DNA of 64,000 nucleotides from Octopus vulgaris (GCA_951406725.2 OX597814.1:221898001-221962000), one strand, 5' to 3'; positions 1 to 13,760 are shown, counted from the stretch's first letter. Notes: generated by a model from the sequence alone, not told the origin. Numbers and translations: made by a program.

Positions 1-55
1 CAGGTTGGCCTTCTGCTTCTCTTGGGATGAACAACAATTGAACTGGTTACCGCTA
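1..55 (-). CDS. Candidate downstream coding exon (partial, runs off window) of a minus-strand gene
   Basis: Minus strand reads ttacag|TAGCGGTAACC...; joined in phase 1 to the 2901-3045 exon it stays open: (L)AVTSSIVVHPKRSRRPT. The polypyrimidine tract is weak. Confidence 0.4.
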
Positions 56-285
56 CTGTAACAGGTTCACAACTATTCAGCACTCATATCATATGCAATA
101 ATTAAAAAACATACACAAGACACATGCGTATACACATAAACACATACACACACTTATTTATTGACTTACTACACACAGAAATGTTATATGTATGAACAAA
201 TATGCATCTTGGGAAAAATTGCAAATAGAAAAATACTTGTATTCAAGCACAGCGCACACACATACTTATATATCAGTTGAACACA

Positions 286-399
286 TACATGCATGCCATG
301 CATATATACAAACTAACAAACAAATATAGACACATACATACATACATACATACATACATACATACATACATACATACATACATACAATACATACATACA

Positions 400-433
<34 letters not shown>

Positions 434-570
434 CATACATACATACATACATATATACATATATACATACATACATACATACGTACATACCTACTTGCAT
501 AAAAACAAGCATAGAGTCAATCACCTTTAAATGCAAACTATTATACATACATACACACATCTATACATAA
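286..570. repeat. (CATA)n microsatellite
   Basis: Direct tetranucleotide tandem array. Confidence 0.95.
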
Positions 571-623
571 ACATATCATCAAATTTTAAAAGTGCGTACA
601 AGCAGCATCCATAATTATAGATA

Positions 624-1896
624 TACGAGGGTGGCCTGAAGGATTCATAGGCGTAATATGAATGAGTGACGCTAGAGCTGTGAAATCACGCATGCATTAA
701 TCTAAACTATTTTTATTAATAACTACATTGATAGCTCCAGGTAAACTGACGTCTGACTGCTCGAAGAAGACTTCAAAACTAACTAGTTGCGATTTCTCTT
801 GAAAATTAGCAAAATTTGGCATTGCCGTATTTTCAAGTACCTGCAGAAACAGGGTTTAGCGTACCACAACATTCATACTGACATGATTGCAACATTAGGG
901 AATGATACTCCAGCTTTATTAACAGTGCAAAAGTCGGAAGCTTAATTTAGGAGGGAAAGGGAGATTCTTGAAGATGATCCAAGCTTTGGACGTCCTGTAA
1001 CTGTCAGTACCAGGGAAAGCATTGATCGTGTTCACTTCATGCTGATGGATGACAGGCGATTGACAATAAATCAAATAGTTAATGCTATTATATATTTCGT
1101 GAGAGAGTCTACACATTGAATTTGACCTGACGAAGGTTTCTGCTTGGTGGGTGCAGCGACTTCTGAAACGTGATCGAAAGTGCAAAATGCTGATCACATC
1201 ACAGGGAAAATCTGACATTGTTCCAGGCTGATCCAGCTGCTTTCCTTGGATGTTCTCTAAGCCAGGGTGAGTGTTAGGTTCATCACTTTGGGAGAGACAA
1301 CCTATGCAGTGGAAACACTCATTCCTTAGCGTAGTTCAAAGACTGCTAACGACGTTTCATCTGCAGGTAATCAAACGGCTTCCGTTTAGGGGGTGCAAAA
1401 GACATTTTGTTTATTGACTATCTTCAAAAGAGCGGACCATCAGTGGAGAGTAAAACACCAACTTGCTGACGCAGTCATGAAAGGTTATCATGATCAACCA
1501 CCTAGAGAAACTGACGAAAGAGGTTTTGTTTCACCAGAACAATGTTTTAGCACGCACCTCCTTCGTTTCCATAGCTGCTGTGCATGATTGTAGCTTTGTA
1601 CTGGCAGACCAGCCTCCCTATTCTCTTGATTTGGCCCCACCTAACTATCATCTGTTCGCTGAGAAGAACAAACACTTAGCTGGGAACCAACATCGCATGT
1701 CACATTAGCTGTTGATGACGTTTTTGACCAACTGGATGAAAGCTTCTTCACCAATGGGATGCAAGCACTGCAACACCGATGGAAGAAGTGTGTGAGCAGC
1801 AGGGGGGGGGGGGCTATGTTGAAAATTAAACCTCATTTGGTCACATTCCATGAGGGAATCTTGGTCAGCCAATGAACTTTTCATCCGACACTCGTG
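624..1896 (+). mobile_element. Degenerate near full-length mariner (DD34D-type) DNA transposon
   Basis: Left end TACGAGGGTGG..., right end ...CCGACACTCGTG (decayed TIR). Frameshifted transposase with HQNNVLART (cf. HQDNAPAH), QPPYSLDLAPPNYHLF (cf. HPPYSPDLAPSDYHLF) and a terminal GYVEN* (cf. GDYVEK*). Confidence 0.9.
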
Positions 1897-2900
1897 TGTG
1901 TGTCTGTGTGTGTATGCATACATGCATACGTACATACAATTATCAATACCTAATTTATATCTACATACATGCGTACGTTCATACATACATACATACGTGC
2001 ATACCTACGTACGTACATACGTACATGCATATATACATACGAGCATGCATGGATACATACGTAGATATAAACATGCATGCATAAATACATGGATATATAA
2101 TTCGTTAAGATGATACTAAAAGTAACAAGAAGCGTGGACTTGCAGTTGATAAATCACCTTACTTTCCAAGGGCAATTCTTTTGCAATTCAAGAACAGGAA
2201 ATTTCAAACAACTCGCTAATGAAAAAAGTGAAACACTTAAGACCTAGTGACGTGACAGAAATGACAATTATGTCCCTTGGAAAATGCTTTATTTGTGACC
2301 ATCAAAATGTCAGTAAAGTACAAACTCTAATTACTCTATAACAGTGATGCCAAAAGATATATAATGTCATTCATAGAGAAGACTTTTCTTAGGTAAATGT
2401 AGACAGAATCTCTGTAATTGAATACGTACACACGTATCATTACAAGGTTAGCTGGTGGTAGTTATCTTGCGCTATGTGCCTATCATAGTTGTTTGTGATT
2501 ACAGTTAGTGATGCATAGTTATAAAGATCAGCTACCCTGGAGATATTACATTTCTTTCAAAGTTAGTTAGAAAAACATATTTATAGCGGCTGGTTCGATA
2601 CCTGGAGCTTTGCTCTGTTTTAAAATTCAAATTGAGTCCAATAATTTCTGGTACACTTAAATGTTTCAATGGGAGTCTGAAAAAGATAGAGCAAAGAGGG
2701 ACAGGAAGTTACCAGCTAAAAGATATTTTGTAAATACAATTTTTTAACGGAACTGTATAAATATTCAATTTTTTTTTTAAGAACATTAACAGTTAACGCT
2801 TTTGTTATCTAAATCCCAGTGCTGATACATTGTTAGATTTCAACTCCTTTCTTAAAAGAAAAATTCAAAACATTAGCAAGAAAGACATTTAAATACATAC

Positions 2901-3045
2901 ATTCAGACATGATCACTCGAGGTACAGATTTGCACGAGTGGCCTGGGGGACTGTTATTTGAAATTGCAATGAATATCAGCGCCAACATTAATGTCACAAC
3001 TGTCAGCTTTGTTAAATAAATGGTTATTCTTCTGATCACAGTCAT
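2901..3045 (-). CDS. Candidate first coding exon: N-terminal signal peptide/anchor of a secreted or membrane protein
   Basis: ATG at 3045 with an in-frame upstream stop. Acceptor ttaattcag| at 3090, donor GAAT|GTATGT at 2900. Peptide MTVIRRITIYLTKLTVVTLMLALIFIAISNNSPPGHSCKSVPRVIMSE. Non-repetitive sequence. Confidence 0.45.
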
Positions 3046-3295
3046 CAAAGAAACCTTTTATTCAAGATCTTACAGATACTCGTCTTAAAACTGAATTAAC
3101 CAAGCAGAAAATCACTACAAATAACATGGCTGGACACGACATCAACAACGTTGGTGAAGAACCAAAGAAAAGTAACATCGAAAATGGTAAACAGAATTTT
3201 GTTAGTCGCAATTATACGAAAAAACAAAAATTCTAAAGGACATTTTTCATGGAGTTATGAAATCAATAATGACTGACGTAACTGGAATATAATTG

Positions 3296-3335
<40 letters not shown>

Positions 3336-4674
3336 CGTGATGCATATATGTAACTCGCTCTGAGATTTATCATTATATAAATATATATATACATATACAT
3401 ATAAAACGATACACATACACCCATATAAACACATACACACACTAATGTATATAAATATACATATCTGTTTATGACTATACGGATAAAAGAAAGATAAAGT
3501 GGAACAGAGTTAAATTATTTTATGATGAAATAATTACTACTGCCCGCAGAATTTATTAAATTTAAAGGGTTGTTGGCAGTAATTTTATTCTCAATACGTA
3601 TGCAGTGTAGAAATAGGAGTATGCAAACTTATTCCTTGAAAGGAAATATCTGCAGTTCGTTGCAGAGGATCTAATTTCAGTAATTACCTTAAGCATAGGG
3701 AATATATTACTGACTTTTACCAACAAACTCGATGGAAATATAAATGTAGGAAACTGGAGTGCATTGGAAGAAACGGGTCTTGTGGGAAAGCAAGCTCCTG
3801 TCATTACAAATAAGCTGGCAGCCAATTCCATGTGAAATTAGTGTATAGATTGTATAGAGCCTGCATTTGTACTACAACAAAACATCAGATGGAAAACTCT
3901 GAGCTTATGAAAAGTATGTCATACATTGTTATGATTTCGGAAAGCTTCACATGGTCGGTAGCATAGATAACTAAAGTAGTCACTTTTGTACCATCGATCG
4001 GTATATGAGCTCCTGTTCTGAAGTGGATGCTTTTGCAGTCCACGAACATGAAAAAAAAAACCCATCAAAATACTGATACACAGTAGGTAAGAGACACAGA
4101 CAAAAACATTCTGAGATGCAGAATTTGTGCAACTCTCAAGGTGTAACTTTTATCATAGACAGAAAAGCTATCAATCTATGTGGAATTATGTTGTGACCGA
4201 GATATTAGATACACAAGCTGAATGTATATTCAAATTTAACATGAAGAAATATTGGTGGAATCTTCCCGTTAAAATCCCTGTAAAATATAGACTCAGCAAA
4301 GTAGTTATAATAATCAAGAATAATGAAACAGAACCATGTACGGTGTAGCTGCTCAGTAGAAAAGGAAAATATCTTAGCTAAACTAAGAAAACTGTTGATA
4401 TTCTAACTGGATTATAACTTTAAATAGATACTTGTGAATATAGAAGTTGGTTATGCAACAAACTGACACTGTACCAAAATTGAGAAGTTGTGCTTTACTA
4501 ATAAGAAAACTACTGTTAAATGTCATTTACTATGAAAACATGAAAAACATTCCAGAATTTCAGTTTGTTGGTTCATGTGCATACGTATATAAATGCAAAC
4601 ATGTTTTTGTGCACACACATAAATCTAATTACAGGGTTACGTATGCAATGGCACATATACTTTCCTGCGCAATT

Positions 4675-4806
4675 CATACATACTTACATAAATACTTACC
4701 TACATACATACATACATACATACGTACATACATATAAACATACAAAAATACATACATACACACATACATACATACACATACATACATACATACATACATA
4801 CATACA

Positions 4807-4838
<32 letters not shown>

Positions 4839-4918
4839 AACATACAAAAATACATATATACATACATACACACATACATACATACACACATACATATAAA
4901 CATACAAAAATACATACA

Positions 4919-4950
<32 letters not shown>

Positions 4951-5014
4951 AACATACAAAAATACATACATACATACATACATACACACATACATACATA
5001 CACACATACATACA

Positions 5015-5046
<32 letters not shown>

Positions 5047-5100
5047 AACATACAAAAATACATACATACATACATACATACATACAAATATACATACATA
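4675..5100. repeat. (CATA)n microsatellite with recurring higher-order variant unit
   Basis: CATA array interrupted five times by TATAAACATACAAAAATA. Confidence 0.95.
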
Positions 5101-5219
5101 ATTATGGAGTTGACGTTACTTAAATTCCAAAGAAAGAGCCTTGTTTTTACTGGTTTGTAAGTCGACTGTTTTTCTATTGAAGAGTTATTTTAAACTTAAA
5201 ATCAGAACACATACGTAAC

Positions 5220-5518
5220 ATGCATACATACATACATACATACATACATACATACACACATACATACATACATACATACATACATACATACACACATACA
5301 TACACACACATACATACATACATACATACATACATACATACATACACATACATACATACATACATACATACACACACACATACATACATACATACATACA
5401 TACATACACACATACATACATACATACATACATACACACACATACATACATACATACATACATACATACATACATACATACATACATACATACATACATA
5501 CATACATACATACATACA
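5220..5518. repeat. (CATA)n/(CA)n microsatellite
   Basis: Direct tandem array. Confidence 0.95.
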
Positions 5519-6774
5519 GATAGAATCAATACTCTTGAGAGCCGCATGATATCACTTACAGAACAAATAGTATGTGAAAAAAGTGAAATGAGCATATAAT
5601 TCAATAACGAATTTTGAAAATAGATGAATGGTAATCCTAAATTGTCACTGACAATGTAAATCTTCCCCATGTGTATAAATGCTAGCAAAACTAATCCTTT
5701 TGAACAGAATCTTGAAGGAGAAAAATTCATTATTATCAGAAAACATTTAAGAATCGGTACATAACACGTAAGTTAGCTGGTTGGAACAACAGCGACAGAG
5801 ATAGTAACCTGTCCTGAATCTGTGATATATTTACCTAGAAGGATAAGCTTTTGCTATTCAGGGACAGGACATTGCTACTAAATATTTGCCCAGATGAGAG
5901 CGAGAGAGAGAGATGCACAGAGAGGTGGAGGAAGAGACAGAGGCAGAGAGAGGAAGGGAGAGGATGATGCCACTAAACGCACTCAATCAAACCAAGTGCC
6001 TGCATAGAAGTATCAGCATAATATTAAGATCTGCTAAACATCGCAGTCACATCTTTCTCAGATAACACCATAACGTACGTAAAATGTGAGTTCGTATTGA
6101 ATAAGGTTGTCTGGGGTATATTTTACCGGAGAAGACTGGATGATTATGGCTTCAGTGCCCTTAATCGTAGACCAGTTTTGTTATTTCTTCTGTTTAGAAA
6201 AGAAAGCTTTATGTGTATTTGAAATTTAAGACTTTCTTCTACTAGATCCATAGCCGAACAAATATTTACAGGAGAGTCGTTTAAATTGATTGATGTTTTA
6301 CAAGTCGTTGTTTGTCATCGCTTGAAGGATGAAAGGCAAAGTTAACTTCTCTGTGATTTAACATAGAACATCTTGGTGAACGAGGCTAAATAGTAATTGT
6401 ATGTAATGCTTTCATTCAAGAACAAGAGGTGAATATATTACACAATAAGCTCCTATTTGTGTTTGAACATAGAGTGATAAATACGAGGCTATTGCATTCC
6501 TGTCGTCCCTAATATAATATGTGATGTAAGTAAAATATGCTCCTATATTGAACTTAGCGCACATACAATGTCACTCAGCACGCCTATAACTATTACAACA
6601 TTGTTGACATCATTTAGTTATTTATATTTTGTCAGATTTATTATCTTATATTATACATATAGGTTATGAACTGAGCAAATGTGAGGAACTGAGTCTATCG
6701 GCGTCTACTATTATCAAATTAGAAAGGACAGTGAACAGTCAAACAACTAGATCTCCGAGCACACTATTACTGTG

Positions 6775-6950
6775 GTCCGTTACGTTCTGAGTTCAAATTC
6801 CGCCGAAGTCGACTTTGCCTTTCATCCAGTCGGGGTTGATTAAATAAATACCAGTTACGCACTGGGGTCGATATAATCGACTTAATCCGTTTGTCTGTCC
6901 TTGTTTGTCCTCTCTGTGTTTAGCCCCTTTTGGGTTGTAAAGAAATAGGT
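6775..6950 (+). mobile_element. SINE family C, 3' part
   Basis: TTACGTTCTGAGTTCAAATTCCGCC (B-box-like) ... GGGGTCGAT core shared with copies at 30987, 42921, 52838 and 55580. Confidence 0.8.
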
Positions 6951-9900
6951 ATTTAGTAAAATTCCGTTATGTACTAAGTTAAAATATCACCCTTGTCCAC
7001 TGTACAATTTACCACTCCGTGATCGATAAAAAAAATATTATCAGTAATACCAGTCATATAATGCACTTGTTTTAATCAGCTCAATCTTTCGATTGCTAGT
7101 TGTCTTTTTACCAAGATTTGTGATCTGGTACCATTATTAAAATTTAGTAATATAAATCAAACACGTTTGTCAAGGGGACATTCACCATTCCGTTTGTGGA
7201 GAATGTTTTAGTTTGATTCATATTCTTTTTTAAATCTCACCCTTTTCCTCTCTTCTTTTTTCTTTTCCTTCATTTCTTTCTTTTCTTTTTCTTTCTTTAT
7301 TCACCCCTCTCTCTCTCCTTTCTTTTTAATTTCTTTCTGTTTCCTTCTCTGATTACTTCTTGCTGTCGAATTGTAATCTTGCGAGACAAAAAATAAAATT
7401 GTTGTGGCATGTGAATATTCTATAAGTAAAGAAAAACTAAAGAACGTATAGAATATTGTCGCCAAAGTGTATTGTCTCTTCTCATAGCTAATCATTATCA
7501 GAAACCAGTCGTTAGCAAATAGTTGTTTTCTTCAAATATCTAAACTCCAAGCGTTGCACATTAGTGGTATGTCTCGAGAGACTTGCGTGAGCGACGAAGT
7601 TTTGAATCACGGCTGAAACATTTCAATTCACATCTCTCATCTCAAGTTTCTGTTCACAGTATATCTAACTGAAAAATAAAACTACTCTGACAAACTAGTT
7701 AACCATCGACATACTCCATGGAGACGAAGCTCTTTTCAACATGTGACCTGACGCCCCATTATATATTAAAAGAGATGATCATATCTAAAGGTTTATGTTC
7801 AATTCGACGTGAACATAGAGTAAATGGGAAGTAGAATAGAAGCAGAATATTTACTTGATATATTGATTTAGACTTGTAAACATAAAGAAGCACGGCATTC
7901 TCTATACTAGGAAGTAAGGAAAAAAGAGAAAACATTACTGTACTGGTAGCGCCGCCTAGGGTGGTATTTAGTTGATGACTTGAAGATGAAACCTCGTGCC
8001 TACAATTATTTCTTACATAGGATATGATTTGGACATATTGGTGTTACTAAGTTTAGTTAGAAAAAAAAAATTGGTGATGAAATAGTGAAAATTTGACGTT
8101 TTCTTGCCTTTCGAAATAGTATTAGATATGTAAATGAAATAGAATAGCTTCAGTCGTTATCGAATCCAATAAACACCATCTCACACATCACACATTTTCA
8201 TTAAATAATATTGACTTCTTTTGAGAATGAGAACTATGAAGAAAAATCTAATATCCTGACTTGCAGAATTTACTGCGCAGTTTCAATTTACTGTTGAAGT
8301 CAGTTGAATTCAATTACACCCTTTCGAAATATATGCATGACTAGTTAGAAAGCAAAAAACCATTTCTTTAATATAAAGTAATAATATCGAAAGGGGTTGA
8401 GATAGAAGATGTTTCGGCATTCGTGTTTCTTTTAGGCGAAAACATTTACAATGTAAATGATATGAACGTAAAAGAAATTTTGAGAATGAAACAAGATCCT
8501 AAAGATATTTCTTTCCTATTTGTTATTCAGGCTTTATATTATTGTTTTTACGAAATGAAAGAATAGTAAGTTTACAAATTCATAACATTTCTACTACTTC
8601 ATGTTCGCTACTGTTGCAAACCTTATTGCTTACTGTACACAGAACAACGCAAATATCATATTTTGTGAAGACTGACAAATTAGCAAGAGTGTGTGTGTGG
8701 TTATATATATTGTATCATATTTCTATCTCGGGTTATCATCTTGACACTACAAATATCAGAACCGGTTCTATATCACTTATTACCATTACTTGTCAACAAG
8801 TGAACGTTTTAACCAATTAGTTAATGGAGTCCTTAATTGATTTTTTGCTAAATCAATCAAGTAGTCGATTTGTTCGAATCAAAATTTTCTAGCTCTTCAT
8901 CCACAATGATGTGCTCGCCCTCATTTGCCCGTGTCTTTCAGTGACACATATTTGATAGAATTTGTCGCTGAATGGAGCACTACCACGACTTCTTTGACTG
9001 GCGCTGTGGGTTGTTCAAGTCCTGCCATATATATTTTTCTCTGATAATACAGCGTACGAAGATTTGTTAAACTGCATCAACGTATTCATAACGTGGCAAA
9101 ATAATATTATAGATAGATTATGATTAGAGAGTGTTTATTTCTAGCTATAAAGTAAAAGATAATATATAACGATTCTGAAGGTGATATGCATATAACAAAA
9201 ATATATAGTTTTAAAAAAATGTTCTCTACTAATATTTTCAGTCGCCCCTTCAGGACTATCTATGAATTAGAATAAAGTCGCCCCTTCAGAACACCTCAAG
9301 AATCAGAATAAATTCAGAATTTAGAAAAATAAATAAGGTAGAGAAATTTTGTATTTGATGTTTTTACGATAAAGTCCAAATATCCAATAGTATTCAAAAA
9401 CCAGCAATGGAATTGCCAATGAAGTTATTCATTAGAAATAGCAATTTATACTATTGATATATGCTATACATTATGAAAGAAGATTGTAGTAATTTTAATC
9501 AACTTCAGTAGTTCACTGAAACTTTGTTGCCGACACCGGAAGAATTCATAGAAATCATCAGTTGTTTGTCTGAAAATTGTAGTATAAAAAGAATAAAATT
9601 ATTTTATGTTCTCAAAAGACAATATGGCTGAATTAAATCTAGCAGCTAGTTAAACATACACATTTTAAAAAATACATATAAATTGTTTTACAAAAATGTC
9701 TGTTTGCATATTACCACTCATCTTTTATTGCTTCAGAAATATCAAATAAAAGAAATAAACATTTTTTCCCGGGGAAATGTGTTTTTAAACCACCAATGAA
9801 TATTCAAAACAAAATATTTGGCATTCGTCCCGACAAAATATCGATAATTATTCCTGAATATATAATAGCATTAAATTAGTTCAATGATGAAAACAAAGAC

Positions 9901-10379
9901 TTAACTTTCGTACTCTACTGATAATGTCTTCATAAATATAGCAAGTCTACTTTGGACTAAAAGAAAGCTCTTACTGTTGAATGATAGTTTGGCAAGGTAG
10001 TAAACTCTGCTAATTTGAATTGTAAATTCTTCTAGAAATACATGAAAATTTTCATATTTAGAAGTTAAAAACAAATGTTTTTACATAATTTGCGTCTAAT
10101 ACTATAAACCAAAAGAAAACTAAATCAATGATTTAATATTTGTAAGCATAAATTACAGGAATAAATTGCAATGATGTTATATGGCAAACATTTACAATTG
10201 GGCTTTCGATGTTTAAAGACAATGGGAACTAGAGAAAGTAAACTTATTTTGTTTCGTCCTGTACTGAAGTACTTTAGATATGTTGAAGGTACTGAGATTG
10301 TTTCAGGTTCCTATTACCATTTAGTTACTTATCAGAGGAGCAGGAAATGTGTCTACGACAACTGATGGTAACGTGTTAA

Positions 10380-11005
10380 GGTTGTCTCTACAGATATTCT
10401 ATCCGAGACCTCAAATTTAAACAAACAATGAGATTGAAGATGAAAAACAAAAAGAGAAATGGGCATACATGCCATATTTCGAGAGTTTTTGCTCCTTCAT
10501 CAGTACCCATGTAAGCCCTTAATTATCCTCGAACACCTTGTTTAAATATTCACAGAGGTGTGACGTTATTGGATATACCAAATTTACCTATTCAACACAT
10601 GGAAGCTGGTACGTAAATATGAATGACTTGTAAGGGCGCAGCATTTCCTTATACAACCACAATGTACTATAAAGTATATTAAATGTTTTGATCAGTGTGT
10701 ACGCTTCACAAAACTTGTTAAAGTTATCTCTACATATATTCTATAGAAATATGGCATATGCACCCATCCCCTTTTTTCAGCTTCGATTTCATTGTTTACA
10801 TTTGACGCCTCGGATATGAAATATGGTAACAAAAAATCAGTACTGGCTATAATTATTATAGAATATCTGTAGAGATAACCATAGCAAGTGATGTAAAGTG
10901 CACAGCTAACACAGTAGAACACGGTATTGACTAATAAAAACGTTTGATATACTTTATAGCTTATCATGGTTGCATAACGAAATACTGCATCCCTACAAGT
11001 CATTA
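10380..11005. mobile_element. Decayed Penelope-like pLTR remnant with inverted duplication
   Basis: About 10380-10480 recurs inverted at about 10746-10880, and about 10621-10696 recurs inverted at about 10929-11005; contains a hammerhead motif. Confidence 0.6.
10459..10510 (-). ncRNA. Type I hammerhead ribozyme motif
   Basis: ATGGGTA-CTGATGA-aGGAG caaaaa CTCTc-GAA-ATAT ggc ATGT-A-TGCCCAT: 7-bp stem I, intact CUGAUGA and GAAA, GUA cleavage triplet. Confidence 0.85.
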
Positions 11006-12051
11006 ATAGTTGACGGTAAAATATATAGTTTGAACACTGGTAAGTTGCTATCTACGAAACAAATGTAAGTATGGGGTGAAAATTCCGAATAGTTACAGCT
11101 CATGGTTGGAAGGAAATATTTCGTGCAGTAATTGCAGGTTGAAATATATTAGTTATGAACATAAGACGATGTAGTTATCAGATGGATTTGAATGGAGAGA
11201 ATATGCATATAACTACTTCAGTGAAACAGAGGCCGTTGTAGTATTACTAGAGTAGAAAGAGAGACTAAACAATGAGTTTGTGGACAAATGGTTGCTATAT
11301 TTTTGGTAGTAATTACTTGAAAGATTCTTTTGAAAGGAGAGCTTTTGTGTGCTTTTTACTATTCATTATTAACTTTGAGGAGAGAGGGCAACATCAATGT
11401 CTCTCTCTCCGGACGACCGAGATTGGTGGAATGAAAAGAAGTTGTTCTATGACCGAATGTTTGCACTAGAATTCACTTCTTTAACATCACTCGTGAGCGA
11501 GGTAGTGTTCGTTAGAATATGTCAACTGCTCGAGAAAAGAAACGGTATTCTGTCGTATTCCACATAGTTTCTGTTCACAAAATTTAATTCACGTGTCATT
11601 AGTGTATCCCAAAAGTATTACAGAAGGTAGTTGCATAAAGCGACCGCATGGAAATAAATGGAGAAACTTGTAGTAATTATGAAGATAATTCTTAGCCCTG
11701 CAATCACTTTGGCACCTTGTTTACATGTATAACAGCAACATACCTCAGATTATATAAGCAATATTCAGTTAATGGTTAGGATTCATTTTATAAGCTAGCC
11801 ATTTGTGTCCATCAGAGACACCTGGCCTTGTGTTTGTGTCGACGTTCAGTGTTTTAATTCTATATTATTCATGTATAGGGTCAGGTAGAATGTTTTGATA
11901 TAAATAGCTTCTGTGTGATTGTAGTATTGAAGAAAACTAGGTTGCCATTGATCTCATTGAAAGATTCTTTCGAAATTTTCTGTTAAGAGAAGATGAGCAG
12001 GACAGGTATCGAATAACGGCAGCATGGAAAGGTTTCACACAATAGTTGTAT

Positions 12052-12053
<2 letters not shown>

Positions 12054-12130
<77 letters not shown>
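12054..12130. repeat. (TG)n microsatellite
   Basis: Pure dinucleotide tract. Confidence 0.97.
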
Positions 12131-12135
<5 letters not shown>

Positions 12136-12417
12136 AAAGTGTCAACAACTTGGTCACTATTGTACATCAGATGGCGTGTGAAGGACGTGTACAATGTAAA
12201 GTTGGACACAACTCTGTTGCTTTAGTCAGTATGAATGGTATCAGTAAAAATATTTGTGATTAATGGTGGGTTCCACATTTCGAATTTCAAATAAAAACTA
12301 AGACCTCTCTGCTAAAGATTCTCCATCTATATAAAAAGCATGAAATTTAAACCACCCTTTATAAAGGAAAAAAAATTGTTTCTTTCTTAGACACACTTCT
12401 ATATATAGTTCCTAAGT

Positions 12418-12785
12418 GGAGGCGCAATGGTCCAGTGGTTAGGGCAGCAGGATCGCGGTCATAAGAGCATGCTTTCGGTTCCCAGACCGGGCGTTGTGAG
12501 TGTTTATTGAGCGAAATCACTTAAAGCTTTACAAGGCTCCCTCTGGGGTTGGTGGCCAACTCTACTGTGCTCTTTCACCCAAATTTTTCTTACTCTTTCT
12601 TCCTGTTTCTGTTGTACCTGTATTTCAAAGGGCTAGCCTTGTCACACTCTGTGTCACGCTGAATATCCCCGAGAACTACGTTAAAGGTACACGGGTCTGT
12701 GGACTGCTCAGCCTCTTGCACGTTAATTTCACAAGCAGGCTGTTCTGTTGATTGGGTCAACTGGAACCCTCGTCATAACCGACGG
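12418..12785 (+). mobile_element. tRNA-derived SINE family B, full length with TSD
   Basis: Head GGAGGCGCAATGGTCCAGTGG (A box) and TTCGGTTCCC (B box); TSD AGTTCCTAAG at 12407 and 12786. Confidence 0.9.
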
Positions 12786-12959
12786 AGTTCCTAAGCTATA
12801 ATTATTCCCCAGTGGGTACACCTCCACCATGAAGAATGTATTTGTACGAGCTTAGAATCCATTTTGTTTTCTCATTTGGACATTAGAAAAAATTACCTCC
12901 ATTTACTTTGACTAACATTTGCGTCTCTCTTCAGAATTTACTTATTTTCTGTACTGGTA

Positions 12960-13760
12960 TTCGATGAAATATTGAGGGAGTAGCTACACGTCTACTTGAT
13001 CTAGAAATAGAAATTAAATATCCAACAGATTATACCATACACTGGACAGTATTTTGCTACACTCTGGACAATTTTTGCTAGATATACAACTGTTCTCAGA
13101 AATCGTCCAAGTAACAGCAGTTGTTTAGCCATCTGTCGTGAGATTACATTTGAAAATATGTAACATAATTTGTGTGCATTGACCTCCTGCCATAGAAACT
13201 CAATTATTATGAAGCGTCTGAGCAGCTTAGTCTCAAATATATGCTGACTCAGTCTCATAATCTATTTCTTATTCCTACATCCCACCTGTATTCAGTCATT
13301 ACACTCAGTACTCATCACTTTTTCCCCCACTTCGGCTCAATACCTGCCGGTGTATAGCAGCATTGCAAGTCAATAATACAACACCTGAAGGAAGTTATAC
13401 TTTATAGCATCAACTACAAAAGCCTTTATCCACCACCAACACTATATAAAAACAACAACGAGCAAAGTAAGCTTTTGTGAACGACAGAACTTGCCAGATG
13501 TTCCTAATTTCAACAAAGCCACCAATGGCGTAACATGTACATTTCTAAAAAAGTCTTCAGTGGCAGCATTCACCTGGTTGCCACTTATGAACCAACGTCT
13601 ATTCATTTATGGAGGGCTTTGGCGCAATTAAAGAAGCAGCAAAGAGCTAACACTGAAAAAAAGAAAAAAAGAAACTGCTTCGAGAAATTGCTATATAGGT
13701 TATGCCAAACGGAATATATGTATCCTTTATCTAATATACTACAAACGGCCACCTACATTA
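12960..13760 (-). mobile_element. Heavily decayed Gypsy-like pol (RT) fragment
   Basis: Translations VTPLVALLK (cf. ASPVVLVKK), IEFLWQEV (cf. VEFLGHxI) and GRFLRTVVYLAK (cf. RRFLGMVNYLAK) occur in the expected order. Confidence 0.4.

Noticed and set aside
3640-3813. Cys-rich plus-strand open frame (KEISAVRC...CHYK)
   Set aside because: No start codon or good acceptor; several frames are open here, so chance cannot be excluded
266-5730. [16 protein letters not shown]-type ORFs (and similar [12 protein letters not shown] ORFs throughout the window)
   Set aside because: These are translations of stop-free microsatellites, not proteins
7968-8003. Hammerhead-like TTGATGA...GAAAC
   Set aside because: Core mismatch, no convincing stems I/II and a non-cleavable triplet
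12418-12492. tRNA gene
   Set aside because: A and B boxes belong to a SINE head that continues into SINE body and is flanked by TSDs; the same holds for the other copies
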